From sequence record PZ452583.1: a DNA stretch of 64,000 bases. One strand, written 5' to 3'. The stretch is from a phage. Shown here in pieces: positions 9,072 through 18,724 of this stretch (positions within the stretch are counted from its first letter, which is position 1; each line of letters starts with the position of its first letter). Made by a program: the position numbers and the translations under genes. The notes under the pieces were generated by a model. That model saw only the letters and a program-made list of their open reading frames with translations. It did not search any database and had not been told where the DNA came from.

Positions 9072-10888
9072 TACTGGCTCATCCATTCTTTACGAAGGTC
9101 AGCATTATCTCCCATGAGCATTTCAAAAAGCTCTTTCCAGTTCTCAGGAAGTTTAACAACATCATATACTGGATTTTGAATCATCTCACGATATTCAGAT
9201 TTTTCCAAAGAGCCAAGTCCCTTAATATAACGGATGCTATGTTTAGATAGAGCATCTTTAGCACTCTCATATTCAGCGACTGTATAAAACCATTCTTGTT
9301 TTTTACCGACCTGGGCGATGATTACAGGAGTTTTGACAAAGCGAATTCGTCCTTGCTCAAACAATTCTGGCCAATTACTAAAAAATCCGAGCAGAGAAGG
9401 ATAAATGCTTCCTAAACCATCATGGTCAGCATCGGTCATAATAGCAATATTATGATAATTCAAGTTTTCAGCTTTTTCACCAAGAACTAATCCAGTGATT
9501 GCGCAAATATCAAATAGTTCTTTGTTTTTAAGCATATCAGCATATGACATACCCCAACTATTGAGAACTTTACCACGCAATGGATAACCACCATGAAGTT
9601 CTTTATCACGAACATCAATAAGATATCCGATAGCAGAATCACCCTCAGTCAAGAAAAGAGTAGTGTCAGCATCTTTACCACAAAGATTCGCTTTGATATG
9701 TTTATGAACCTTAGCTTTAGAAGCCTTTTTAGCTGCTTTAGTTTCTGCTGCTTTTTCTGCCGCCAATTTACGAGCCAACGCAGCTTCAATAATTGGCATT
9801 AAAATTGCTTCATTATTTAAAATAGCACGTGAAATCTTTTTAGCATCAAGTTGAATATGACTACGAATTTCGCCAAATGGAGAAGTCAAACGCTCTTTAG
9901 TTTGAGAATCAAATCGCATGTTTTTCATATCACGAACAAACATAACGATAGTCAAACATTCTTTAACGCGTGCTTTAGTTACATCAATTTTGAATTTACG
10001 TTTGATTTGTGGAATAAGGTCTTCACAAATATCATCCATAACACAATCAATGTGATGACCACCATTCTTAGTGTGAATGTTATTCACATAAGTTAATTGA
10101 CGAAAACCATCCGGTGAACGACCAACCGCAATAGAACAATTTTCTTGTTCTTGAACAATAGCGTGTTCATCATACTGTCGTGCATATTTCTTAAAATTGC
10201 CCTGAACCTTTTTACCATTAAAGGTAAATTGAATATCAGGATAAACAACAGCAAGTGTCTGGAGACGATCTAGTGTAATATCAAGATAAACCTGAGACAG
10301 CTCATTAGTTTCAAATGACATAAAATCAGGAATGAAAGTAACACGAGTTCCTTTCCATTTTCCAGGAATAGTTTCCCAGGATTTATTTTCCATACCATTT
10401 GAACAACGAACTACAATATTATTTTGACCATCGCCAGTTTCACCGACAAACATCACAGAAAAAATGTTAGTTAAACTAGAACCAACACCATTCATACCGC
10501 CGGTGACGCGTTCTTTATCATCACCGAAGTTACCACCTGCTTTTGGAATAGTCCACGCAGCAACAGGACCAGGAATTTCTTCACCAGTAGGTGTTTTAAC
10601 CATCGCCTGTGGAATACCACGACCGTTATCTTCAACTGTTACTTGATTGTTTTTAATAGTAACATTAATTTTATTTGCGAATTTAAACTTAGTACGAATA
10701 CCTTCATCTACTGAGTTATCGATAATTTCATCAATAAGCTTAACAAGACCAGGTACATACTGAACACTTTCCCATTTACCAAACAGAAAGCGCTCATGCA
10801 TTTCATTAGCAGAAGAGCCAATGTACATGCCACTACGCTTTTTGATATGTTCAATATCGCTCAGAATTTTAATTTCATTCTTAATCAT
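9071..10888 (-). CDS. 39: DNA topoisomerase II large (ATPase) subunit gp39, unsplit
   Basis: 605 aa from ATG 10886-10888 (SD GAGGATAAG); GyrB-like; no separate gene 60. Confidence 0.9.
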   Translation of the reverse strand: MIKNEIKILSDIEHIKKRSGMYIGSSANEMHERFLFGKWESVQYVPGLVKLIDEIIDNSVDEGIRTKFKFANKINVTIKNNQVTVEDNGRGIPQAMVKTPTGEEIPGPVAAWTIPKAGGNFGDDKERVTGGMNGVGSSLTNIFSVMFVGETGDGQNNIVVRCSNGMENKSWETIPGKWKGTRVTFIPDFMSFETNELSQVYLDITLDRLQTLAVVYPDIQFTFNGKKVQGNFKKYARQYDEHAIVQEQENCSIAVGRSPDGFRQLTYVNNIHTKNGGHHIDCVMDDICEDLIPQIKRKFKIDVTKARVKECLTIVMFVRDMKNMRFDSQTKERLTSPFGEIRSHIQLDAKKISRAILNNEAILMPIIEAALARKLAAEKAAETKAAKKASKAKVHKHIKANLCGKDADTTLFLTEGDSAIGYLIDVRDKELHGGYPLRGKVLNSWGMSYADMLKNKELFDICAITGLVLGEKAENLNYHNIAIMTDADHDGLGSIYPSLLGFFSNWPELFEQGRIRFVKTPVIIAQVGKKQEWFYTVAEYESAKDALSKHSIRYIKGLGSLEKSEYREMIQNPVYDVVKLPENWKELFEMLMGDNADLRKEWMSQ

Positions 10889-10940
10889 CACTTATCCTCG
10901 TTTGGTTTCGGGAATATTATACTCCGGTAATCATAAAGCT

Positions 10941-10958
10941 AAAGGCCCGAAGGCCTTT
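10941..10958 (-). terminator. AAAGGCC-UUCG-GGCCUUU hairpin
   Basis: 7-bp stem with UUCG loop right at the lipoprotein stop, upstream of the gene 39 -10 element. Confidence 0.5.
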
Positions 10959-11218
10959 TATTTAAAACGAATAGTTGAATCCTTAAAGAACAGCCCAGAA
11001 CATACTGTTCCTTCTACTTTCTGCCCGGTAGGTCCAATAGCACGAAATCCAGTATGTTGGAAATCATTTTCAGAGCAACCGAACCAGTTATATCCAGTGA
11101 TTTCAATATTCGTAAAACCACTTGATGATAAAATTTTAGTTGCATTATCAGCATCAGTACATCCTACTAAAGATACTGCTAATACTAATGCTGCGATAGA
11201 ACGATTAATATATTTCAT
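10958..11218 (-). CDS. putative lipoprotein (about 86 aa)
   Basis: signal peptide with lipobox LVGC; ATG at 11216-11218 chosen over upstream GTG. Confidence 0.5.
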   Translation of the reverse strand: MKYINRSIAALVLAVSLVGCTDADNATKILSSSGFTNIEITGYNWFGCSENDFQHTGFRAIGPTGQKVEGTVCSGLFFKDSTIRFK

Positions 11219-11223
11219 AATTT

Positions 11224-11601
11224 TCACTTAAATTTAATAGCTTGAAGAAGACTAATAATTCTCAAGCGACTTCTTTCATCTTTAACTGTAAAGGAAAGAG
11301 GGTCGCCAGATTTCATGGTAATAGTGCATTCAAAATCAAAATCTTCTGTGACTTCTTCGAAGAAGTCAAATTCTTCAGCATAAATTAGAACATTACTCTG
11401 CATACTGTGAAGAATTTTTCCGTTATTTCCAGACGCTGTACTAATCATCGTAACATTATGACCTTTCATATCTTCAACGATAAATTCGCTTGTAGATATT
11501 ACAGCATTAATAGAACCATTCCTATAAATAGCAGACATTAGATATTTCTTTTCTTCGCCTTCGCGAATACGATATTTCTTACCGATTTTAAACATAATCA
11601 C
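11224..11601 (-). CDS. hypothetical protein (125 aa)
   Basis: ATG 11599-11601 overlapping stop of upstream zinc-ribbon ORF. Confidence 0.5.
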   Translation of the reverse strand: MIMFKIGKKYRIREGEEKKYLMSAIYRNGSINAVISTSEFIVEDMKGHNVTMISTASGNNGKILHSMQSNVLIYAEEFDFFEEVTEDFDFECTITMKSGDPLSFTVKDERSRLRIISLLQAIKFK

Positions 11602-11774
11602 CCTTTAAGTAAATCGTAAAAACCACCATTCACATGCTTAGGAGCAGAAGGCCGACGAGTAGACAAACGATGACATTTAGGGCAAACATCATTTTCTCGT
11701 TCAGAAATCTTTTTAATTTTTTCATATTCATGCCCACAATCTTCGGATTGGCATTTATAATCATACATTGGCAT
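11598..11774 (-). CDS. small zinc-ribbon protein (58 aa)
   Basis: CxxC-x17-CxxC (KCQSEDCGHEY...VCPKCHRL); SD AAGGAA before ATG 11772-11774; too short for ORF track. Confidence 0.45.
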   Translation of the reverse strand: MPMYDYKCQSEDCGHEYEKIKKISERENDVCPKCHRLSTRRPSAPKHVNGGFYDLLKG

Positions 11775-11776
11775 AA

Positions 11777-12202
11777 TTATTCCTTAAAATGAGCTTTCAG
11801 CATCTGATACAAGGACCATGCCTGTTCATTATTTTCAATAGTAACTTTCATGACTGGGAATTCTGTGAAATCTTCTATTTGTTCTTGCTCTTTCTCTTCC
11901 TGCTCTTGCTCTTCAACTGCCTGATATGGATTTTCCACTTCATCAAAGAACCCAGCTTCGTTAGTAGAAAGCCAAATAAAGTTTTCGTCAAGGATATCAC
12001 CATGTGTTGCATATCCAACTGTGCCAGTAGATGTCACAATTTTAGTAGGACGACCAAGATGGTCAACATCTAAAATTTTAAAAGGATGCATACCTAAACG
12101 GCGTGCATAGATTCCGTTATCAGTATGATCTTTAATAAAATTTTCTTGAGCTTGTTTATTTTTAAATTGATACCATTTATTAACTTCAAATCTAATAGCC
12201 AT
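11777..12202 (-). CDS. hypothetical protein (141 aa), acidic C-terminus
   Basis: ATG 12200-12202; ORF track. Confidence 0.5.
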   Translation of the reverse strand: MAIRFEVNKWYQFKNKQAQENFIKDHTDNGIYARRLGMHPFKILDVDHLGRPTKIVTSTGTVGYATHGDILDENFIWLSTNEAGFFDEVENPYQAVEEQEQEEKEQEQIEDFTEFPVMKVTIENNEQAWSLYQMLKAHFKE

Positions 12203-12417
12203 TAATAAATTTCCTTCCAGTAAGTTGTGCCATCTTCAGTAATTTCACGAAATACACCGTAAATTGGTTGTTTATCACCAACCTTTTCATACACATAAAC
12301 CGAAGTCAAGTGAGTAAACTTAACGGTATGTTCCTTTTGAACCACTACCAAATCTGGATCAAATAATACATCTTCAAATTCGTCATTAGTGCAATTCTGA
12401 ACAATTTTGCGTTTCAT
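12202..12417 (-). CDS. hypothetical protein (71 aa)
   Basis: ATG 12415-12417; ORF track. Confidence 0.5.
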   Translation of the reverse strand: MKRKIVQNCTNDEFEDVLFDPDLVVVQKEHTVKFTHLTSVYVYEKVGDKQPIYGVFREITEDGTTYWKEIY

Positions 12418-12430
12418 TACAATTTCCTCA

Positions 12431-12700
12431 TTAATTGAACAGTGGAGCGATACGTTTCAGAAGAGTAGCAGCACCTTTAGCGAATTTTACATCATGAAAA
12501 ACAGTTTCTTCTTCTGTAACAACACGAGCTTTAATGTTTTCACAATCCCAATTTTTGCGAACAATCTTCAAAAGCTGCAGTAAATCTTTACATTCAGCAA
12601 TATCGATAACACATCCACGAGAATCTTCCATTATCGCACGATAACCGTAAGCCATACCATAATCATTGAAAGATTGCTCGATGATAATTAAATTTTCCAT
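12431..12700 (-). CDS. hypothetical protein (89 aa)
   Basis: start MENLIIIEQ... after SD GGAGAA; ORF-track extension is translated leader. Confidence 0.5.
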   Translation of the reverse strand: MENLIIIEQSFNDYGMAYGYRAIMEDSRGCVIDIAECKDLLQLLKIVRKNWDCENIKARVVTEEETVFHDVKFAKGAATLLKRIAPLFN

Positions 12701-12750
12701 TTTATTCTCCAAGTTTTTCTGTATCAGTAGTTGATATTGATATAGTACCA
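12701..12750 (-). promoter_or_regulatory. variant copy of the conserved early leader cassette
   Basis: TGG-TACTAT and leader present but no GTTTAC -35 at the expected spacing; flanked by inverted repeat ATCAGTAGTTGAT/ATCAACTACTGAT. Confidence 0.35.
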
Positions 12751-12809
12751 TAATCAACTACTGATGTATATAGTTTTATGAAAAAAAAAAATTTAAACTT
12801 TATGCAAAT

Positions 12810-13229
12810 TTATGCTAAAGCTGCTTCGCACCATTTTTTAATTTGGAATTCAGGAACTACCATGAACTGGCCTGCAAAAACAATATTGTAGAGCTTGACA
12901 CCATCTTCTACCCAACGGTCCGAAATAAAACCAGCGACTTGATTCGTTGTCCATGGAGTTCCATCTGTTGCCGCCGCAATTGTGAATTTATGGTCTTTTA
13001 CAACTAAAACTGAAGAACAAAGTTTCCATTTAAATGCGCGTTCTTCTGGCTCAATGAACTGACTTGAGACATAACCAATGTTACCATCAGCGTCACGAAC
13101 TTTAACCTCGTTACGACCAAAAACTGGATCACTTACAGAAAGAACTTCAACCAGCTTTCCTGCAACTTTAGAACGAGAAGCAACGGATACATATACGTAA
13201 TCACCAGTAGAGAGATTTACAATATTCAT
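12810..13229 (-). CDS. hypothetical protein (139 aa), member of a tandem paralog trio
   Basis: shares C-terminal motif with the next two ORFs (G-x-x-S/T-D-x-W-V/I-E-D-G-x-x-L-x-N-I/V-V). Confidence 0.55.
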   Translation of the reverse strand: MNIVNLSTGDYVYVSVASRSKVAGKLVEVLSVSDPVFGRNEVKVRDADGNIGYVSSQFIEPEERAFKWKLCSSVLVVKDHKFTIAAATDGTPWTTNQVAGFISDRWVEDGVKLYNIVFAGQFMVVPEFQIKKWCEAALA

Positions 13230-13238
13230 AATAATTCC

Positions 13239-13712
13239 TTAAGCTTTACGAGGAGAAGCATAACGAGTGATTTCAGATTCTTCAACAACCCGGAAGTCAC
13301 CTAAGAATACGATATTGTAGAGCTTTTCACCATCTTCAACCCATTGGTCTGTGATGAAGCCACACATCCTATCAGTTTTACTTGGACCAGCGAAATCATC
13401 AATATAATCGAATTCTTCATCAGTTACAAATTCAACGCCTTTACACAACGCCCATTTAAATTGTGTATTAGACTCAGTGGATTCAACTTCTTCAACAGAA
13501 GCAAAATGAGAGCTAACACGAGTTTCCAGAAATTTAGGACTTACGTAAGCGTACTGAGTTTCAGTTTTTCCAGAACTAGGAATGATTCGAACTTTAACTT
13601 CTTTAACACGACCAGTACCATTAGTACGAAGTCCTACCACTTCAACTAGACGACCTGCAGCTTTAGAACGAGATGCAGACGATACACGCTTAATTTCACC
13701 GATAGTAATCAT
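13239..13712 (-). CDS. hypothetical protein (about 157 aa), tandem paralog
   Basis: start moved to MITIGEIKR... because a promoter -10 overlaps the ORF-track start; N-terminus aligns with 12810-13229. Confidence 0.5.
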   Translation of the reverse strand: MITIGEIKRVSSASRSKAAGRLVEVVGLRTNGTGRVKEVKVRIIPSSGKTETQYAYVSPKFLETRVSSHFASVEEVESTESNTQFKWALCKGVEFVTDEEFDYIDDFAGPSKTDRMCGFITDQWVEDGEKLYNIVFLGDFRVVEESEITRYASPRKA

Positions 13713-13755
13713 AATTTTTCTCTCTTTGTTGTTAAGATTTATACTCCGCAGGACC

Positions 13756-13785
13756 ATTATACTCTGGTCCCAAGAGTTTGTAAAC
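13756..13785 (-). promoter_or_regulatory. early promoter
   Basis: GTTTAC (+13780-13785), 18-nt spacer, TATAAT (+13756-13761). Confidence 0.5.
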
Positions 13786-14222
13786 TAGCTTACACGAACA
13801 TTAATCACTGCGCTACGAGGAACTACAGAGTATTCTCCAGCATGAACTACGTTCAGAAGTTCAACACCATCTTCAATCCACTGATCAGTCACCCATCCAC
13901 CCACAGGATTCGCGAATGGACGACGAATATAAACTGCCTTACACAGCAGATCAGTTGGATCTTCAGGTTTTTCAATTTCTGTCAATAGACTAAAATCTTT
14001 TTCATAAATAATAAGCGATGATACCATTCCATAATAGTTTCTAATTTCAATATACATCATACCGATAAGAATTCCGCTATTAACACTAATAACAGTAAAA
14101 GGATATCCGCCAGTTAAACCAAGAAGTTCACAAAACTTATTATGAGCTGTATTAGACAGTACCGAAAAATTCTTAATTTCATCAAATTTTTTCAATTGAT
14201 AAACAGCATTATTTTTAATCAT
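13785..14222 (-). CDS. hypothetical protein (145 aa), tandem paralog (C-terminal domain shared)
   Basis: C-terminal GGWVTDQWIEDGVELLNVVHAGEYSVVP matches the trio motif. Confidence 0.5.
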   Translation of the reverse strand: MIKNNAVYQLKKFDEIKNFSVLSNTAHNKFCELLGLTGGYPFTVISVNSGILIGMMYIEIRNYYGMVSSLIIYEKDFSLLTEIEKPEDPTDLLCKAVYIRRPFANPVGGWVTDQWIEDGVELLNVVHAGEYSVVPRSAVINVRVS

Positions 14223-14232
14223 GATTTTCTCT

Positions 14233-14745
14233 TTAATCTAAAGTAATAAAGCCTTTTAATTCGGCATGTGATTTGCGGAACATTACTTGGTGCCCGCCAA
14301 TGATAACTTGATCATCTGGCACTTCATAAATCGCAATGTACATTCCACGATCTTTTAAGTCTTCACGCTCTTCTCGAGTAAACCATCTCATTATATCATA
14401 TTCACTAGCGAAAGCAAAATGATATAATGCAATAAACCACAATGGAATATAATTTTCAATTCGTGAATAATCTTTATTCCATTTAGTTTTAATAGCATCA
14501 TTAGCATTTTCAACTAATAACTTATCATCGTGTGGAATAGGAATACTTTCATGGCTTTCATAATCATTGCTATGATGATGAAATGATGATGAATTAATAC
14601 CGCAAAATTTTAGCCAAGTTCGAGTTTTCATAGAATCAAATCCACGATAAGGAGTTGATTGAACGCATAACTCTTGCCTAATTTTCATTATACCACTATC
14701 ATCATTTAATGCGCTAAACGATGATTCAACACGATAAATTTTCAT
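14233..14745 (-). CDS. hypothetical protein (about 170 aa)
   Basis: ATG 14743-14745 with SD GAGGATAATAAA. Confidence 0.5.
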   Translation of the reverse strand: MKIYRVESSFSALNDDSGIMKIRQELCVQSTPYRGFDSMKTRTWLKFCGINSSSFHHHSNDYESHESIPIPHDDKLLVENANDAIKTKWNKDYSRIENYIPLWFIALYHFAFASEYDIMRWFTREEREDLKDRGMYIAIYEVPDDQVIIGGHQVMFRKSHAELKGFITLD

Positions 14746-14772
14746 TTTATTATCCTCAGTAGCTATGGTGTT

Positions 14773-14802
14773 ATAATACCACAACTGACCGAGGAAGTAA
14801 AC
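14773..14802 (-). promoter_or_regulatory. early promoter
   Basis: GTTTAC (+14797-14802), 18-nt spacer ending TGG, TATTAT (+14773-14778). Confidence 0.55.
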
Positions 14803-14808
14803 AACTTT

Positions 14809-15492
14809 TTATCGTTTTGTTGGAAGAGACAGAGGATCGCATTCTTCCTCTGATGGAGCGTCTTCAAGACCCATAGCATAGCGCAAAGCATACTTCATCA
14901 TCAGGATGTCTTTCGCACAGTCATGAATGGAATCATGCGCAACGAATCCATCTAAAGTTCCTTTTGGAAGAGGACACGTAGTCATATCACGAACAAGGAG
15001 AAGTGCTTCAATTCTAGTACGAATGTCGCGTTGATTCCAGAATTTACACGGTTCTAACTTAAATGTATCAAGCTCATTCTCGGAAACGCCGTTAAGACGT
15101 TGAATATCGCGAATGAGATCGACTAAAATTGGAAAATCAAACGACATTCCACGGCACCAGCCTTGAGATTTCCAAGGATCGATATTATGCGCATTGATGT
15201 AATCATTAAATTTTGCAATACCATCGATAGTGCTTACATCTTCATCTGATGGCGCAATATTTTTTCGAGCTTCAGGAGATTGATTCTTCCACCATTCGAT
15301 AGTGCTTTTAGTAAAAAGACGATGTCCTTTTTGGCTTTTTAAATCAAATTTGATTTTAATGCCACGTGAAACTAATTCATCAAATGTTTCAACGACTTCT
15401 GGATTAGGGTCAAAAGCAATTACAGCCAAATCAATAACAGCTGCTTTTTCACCGCTTCCCATTGTTTCAAAATCTATAATAAAATCAAACAT
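14809..15492 (-). CDS. dexA: DexA, exonuclease A
   Basis: 227 aa as T4 DexA; DEDD-type 3-5 exonuclease N-terminus (FIIDFETMG); SD GAGGAAAAT. Confidence 0.82.
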   Translation of the reverse strand: MFDFIIDFETMGSGEKAAVIDLAVIAFDPNPEVVETFDELVSRGIKIKFDLKSQKGHRLFTKSTIEWWKNQSPEARKNIAPSDEDVSTIDGIAKFNDYINAHNIDPWKSQGWCRGMSFDFPILVDLIRDIQRLNGVSENELDTFKLEPCKFWNQRDIRTRIEALLLVRDMTTCPLPKGTLDGFVAHDSIHDCAKDILMMKYALRYAMGLEDAPSEEECDPLSLPTKR

Positions 15493-15749
15493 TAAATTTT
15501 CCTCGCTAAATCACGAATTTGACCTACAGTATAGTCTTGAATATAAACTTTATTGATAGGCTCATCAATAAATTTTGCCATAGATTCAATGTCTTTTTGT
15601 ATTTCTTCAAGACTGTATACTATCTTTAAAGCTTTTTCGCGAATAGTAATATTTTCAGGACCCTGATTTTCTTCAATGACAGCTTTAACATTTGTCATAA
15701 GAGATTTAAACTGGTACCAACTCAACTCAATCATTAATAATCGCCTCAT
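15492..15749 (-). CDS. hypothetical small protein (85 aa), tandem paralog
   Basis: ATG 15747-15749; similar to next ORF. Confidence 0.5.
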   Translation of the reverse strand: MRRLLMIELSWYQFKSLMTNVKAVIEENQGPENITIREKALKIVYSLEEIQKDIESMAKFIDEPINKVYIQDYTVGQIRDLARKI

Positions 15750-15972
15750 AAAGATAGCTAATTTCGCCTAAAACGTAATCATTGATTGTAACAGTTTTCA
15801 CTTCACCACAAAAGAATTCTAACGCAATTAAATCTCGTTCAATTTCTTCTAATTGAAGCATCAACTTACTAGATTCAATTTTTACAGTTTCACGATTTTT
15901 ACCATGAGCAATTTCATAAATTTCGCTAACTTTATCCTGAAGAAGATAAAACTGATCTTTAGTTATTTCCAC
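15727..15972 (-). CDS. hypothetical small protein (about 81 aa), tandem paralog
   Basis: likely GTG start preceded by GAGGAAG; track start is TTG. Confidence 0.4.
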   Translation of the reverse strand: MEITKDQFYLLQDKVSEIYEIAHGKNRETVKIESSKLMLQLEEIERDLIALEFFCGEVKTVTINDYVLGEISYLYEAIIND

Positions 15973-16219
15973 GAATAGCTTCCTCAAATTTAATTAGTAA
16001 TTTACAGACACTTTCATCTAGTGTAATTACCGTATCTGTATTACTGTGATATGATTGTTTTTCAATTCGTTTAATTGCTAATATAGTATCACTTATAAGA
16101 TAAAGCTTATGAAGGAGCTCAGCTCCTGTTATCATAACATTAAGATTATCTTGCTTATTAGTATGCTTCCTTATACCATCTATTAGACGATTTAAATATT
16201 TTGAATTGATGTTAATCAT
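15959..16219 (-). CDS. hypothetical small protein (86 aa)
   Basis: ATG 16217-16219; ORF track. Confidence 0.5.
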   Translation of the reverse strand: MININSKYLNRLIDGIRKHTNKQDNLNVMITGAELLHKLYLISDTILAIKRIEKQSYHSNTDTVITLDESVCKLLIKFEEAIRGNN

Positions 16220-16225
16220 ATATCC

Positions 16226-17545
16226 TCACACATAAAATACGTCATAACGACCACGGGTAACACCAACATAAAGAAGTTGTTGAGCTAGTTCAGCATCTGC
16301 ATAATGAATACAAGGCGTATAAATGAAAGCACGGTCTACAGACATACCCTGAGCTTTATGGAATGTTGATGCAGGAAGTGCTTTCACTTTACTAAACTGT
16401 GATTTAGCATCCCAAAAATCACTCCACGGAGCTTTTCCGCCTTTGTTCCAATTTTTATAAGTTTCTGCCGTTTTACCTAAAAATAGGTTAAACTTATATA
16501 GCTCTTCATCAGATGAAATTATTTTAATCTTTTCACGATAATATTCATCATCGCCGTAAGTTTCTACTGTTAAATCCCAATGACGAATTAAGTATTCTCC
16601 AGGAACACCACGAGCTTTAACAAACGTCGATGTATACTCTGCTTCTATAATACGAACTAATTGTCCATTATTAAAAATAATTTCTGACACAGGCTTTCCG
16701 TCAATTTTATATGTTTTAATTAATGGTTCCTGCATTACAATAATTTCACCGACAATAAAATCTTTATCAGTTTCAAAAATCTTTTTACGAATAATGCTAT
16801 TTAACTTGTCAACAGATTTATTCGTAAATGCCATTACGCGATTTTCAAACAAATCATCTAAAGATTTGACGATTGAAAAATAATTTACCATAAAATCGCG
16901 TAAAGCGGTATCACCAGTAAATCCACGTACTCCATGCCCGTCAACAACTTTATCATAAATCCACTTACCGTTACGAACGTCAGTAGCTACATCAATAATA
17001 GGAGCATTACTGCGTTTAACTTCAGTGAGTTCACACTGATAAAAATCTTTATGTGTAAAGAATGGACTGATATAAGCAGTGTTTTCTCCTGGGTCAACAG
17101 GTCTAATTTGCTTATTATCACCTATTCCAATTATAGTACACCATGGCGGGATAGTTGAAAGCAGAATTTTAAATAGCTTTCTATCATACATTGACACTTC
17201 ATCGCAGATTAATACTCTGCATTTAGCTAAATCTGGTACTTCCTTCTGCTCAAAGAGGACATTTTCTTCATATGTTACCGGGTTAATTTTGAGAATACTG
17301 TGAATAGTACTCGCTTCTTTCCCTGATAGTTTTGAAAGAATCTTTTTAGCTGCATGTGTAGGAGCTGCCAAAATGATACCAGTTTCGCCCGTAGATATTA
17401 AAGCTTCAATGATGAACTTAGTAAGAGTAGTCTTACCAGTACCAGCAGGTCCATTAATAGTTACATGATGTTTCTTTTCTTTAATAGCCCTCATAACAAT
17501 GTTAAAGGCATTTTTCTGGCCTTCAGTCAAATCATCAAATGTCAT
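16226..17545 (-). CDS. dda: Dda DNA helicase
   Basis: 439 aa as T4 Dda; Walker A GPAGTGKTT; SF1 helicase motifs. Confidence 0.92.
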   Translation of the reverse strand: MTFDDLTEGQKNAFNIVMRAIKEKKHHVTINGPAGTGKTTLTKFIIEALISTGETGIILAAPTHAAKKILSKLSGKEASTIHSILKINPVTYEENVLFEQKEVPDLAKCRVLICDEVSMYDRKLFKILLSTIPPWCTIIGIGDNKQIRPVDPGENTAYISPFFTHKDFYQCELTEVKRSNAPIIDVATDVRNGKWIYDKVVDGHGVRGFTGDTALRDFMVNYFSIVKSLDDLFENRVMAFTNKSVDKLNSIIRKKIFETDKDFIVGEIIVMQEPLIKTYKIDGKPVSEIIFNNGQLVRIIEAEYTSTFVKARGVPGEYLIRHWDLTVETYGDDEYYREKIKIISSDEELYKFNLFLGKTAETYKNWNKGGKAPWSDFWDAKSQFSKVKALPASTFHKAQGMSVDRAFIYTPCIHYADAELAQQLLYVGVTRGRYDVFYV

Positions 17546-17853
17546 CGTAAATTCCCTGCAATTGGTATACTAACAATACGCCCAGTATCTAAAATTCGCC
17601 GATATAATCTTTGTGTGTCTACATCAGGCTTAACATGTTTAACTTCTATTTTATTAAACCAAAACTTGCGTGGAGTCTCAACTAATCTTGGAATTCCCTT
17701 ACCTAAAGCTAATCGATACTGCTCTTTAAGAGTAGTAAATACTTTATCAGCAATATTCCATTCAAAAAATACAGCAGGACGATGTTCATCAAGCGGAACT
17801 GGCGCCGTAAATCCGTCTTTGTCTCGGTAAACTATCGCATATACATAAACCAT
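17542..17853 (-). CDS. dda.1: hypothetical protein (103 aa), dda.1 position
   Basis: overlaps dda start by 4 nt; ATG 17851-17853. Confidence 0.55.
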   Translation of the reverse strand: MVYVYAIVYRDKDGFTAPVPLDEHRPAVFFEWNIADKVFTTLKEQYRLALGKGIPRLVETPRKFWFNKIEVKHVKPDVDTQRLYRRILDTGRIVSIPIAGNLR

Positions 17854-17854
17854 A

Positions 17855-18601
17855 TTATCCTCGGATAAGTTTAAAAATTGAACAATTCAGCGGATATCCT
17901 CTTTTCAGTTTAAGTTTATCAATAAAAGACAAGTTTTGATACCGCTCTACACCTTGAATAATTTTATCACACATATCATATTGCATTTCTGCTTCTGACA
18001 ACTTTTTCACAGTTTTCCAATCCGAGCCTTTAAGAAGAACGTTCAGTTTAACAACTTCAGCGCCTTCTGCTATGCGAGAACCATCAATACGAGCTTTAAG
18101 TGCTATAATTCTTAGCTTAATGTCAGAGGTCTGTTTTGATTTAGAAAGCTGAGAAATGTGTTCAATTCGGTTTTCACGTTTTTTCTGTATAGCTTTAATT
18201 TGATTATAAGTCTTTTTGATTTTAGCCCATTTCTTTTCATCTAAATTTAGTTTATGAACTTTTTTCGCAGATGAACGACCAATTCGCAAAGCAAACAAAT
18301 CACGTTTTTCAATTAACTCCTCTAAAGTATAATCAGAACGAAATGTATTATACTTTTTCTTTACTGCAATAACGTTCCCTTTAATGTATCCAATGTTATT
18401 ATCAAAACGTTCTAATGATAATTTCTCTCCTTCAATACGATTATCAAAAGGTTCTCCCGAGTAAGCGCAAACTTTTTGGTCTAAAATGTTCTTAATGTAA
18501 TTGAAGTCTAAGTTAAAATCTTTAGAACGTCTTTTTGCAGATGCCTGAGTATGCTCTAAACGACGTTTAATTTTACGAATTTGGTTATTAGACAGCTTCA
18601 T
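17855..18601 (-). CDS. srd: Srd-like protein (248 aa)
   Basis: size and position between dda and modA match T4 srd; basic N-terminus; identity by synteny only. Confidence 0.55.
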   Translation of the reverse strand: MKLSNNQIRKIKRRLEHTQASAKRRSKDFNLDFNYIKNILDQKVCAYSGEPFDNRIEGEKLSLERFDNNIGYIKGNVIAVKKKYNTFRSDYTLEELIEKRDLFALRIGRSSAKKVHKLNLDEKKWAKIKKTYNQIKAIQKKRENRIEHISQLSKSKQTSDIKLRIIALKARIDGSRIAEGAEVVKLNVLLKGSDWKTVKKLSEAEMQYDMCDKIIQGVERYQNLSFIDKLKLKRGYPLNCSIFKLIRG

Positions 18602-18637
18602 ATTTTTCTCACATCTTACGGACGGTTAACTACTTAT

Positions 18638-18667
18638 ACTATAACATTTTTACTTTAACTTGTAAAC
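18638..18667 (-). promoter_or_regulatory. early promoter upstream of srd
   Basis: GTTTAC (+18662-18667), 18-nt spacer ending TGT, TATAGT (+18638-18643). Confidence 0.5.
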
Positions 18668-18724
18668 AACTTTATGTAAAAATGCTTTAAAAATTTCATG
18701 GTATAATGAATCTAAGTCCTTCCA

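Noticed and set aside
10821-11231. Plus-strand 136-aa ORF
   Set aside because: Antisense across the gene 39 start, terminator hairpin and lipoprotein gene; no SD.
11523-11530. Plus-strand TATAAATA late-promoter motif
   Set aside because: Sits inside a minus-strand ORF with no plus-strand gene downstream; an 8-mer this AT-rich is expected by chance.
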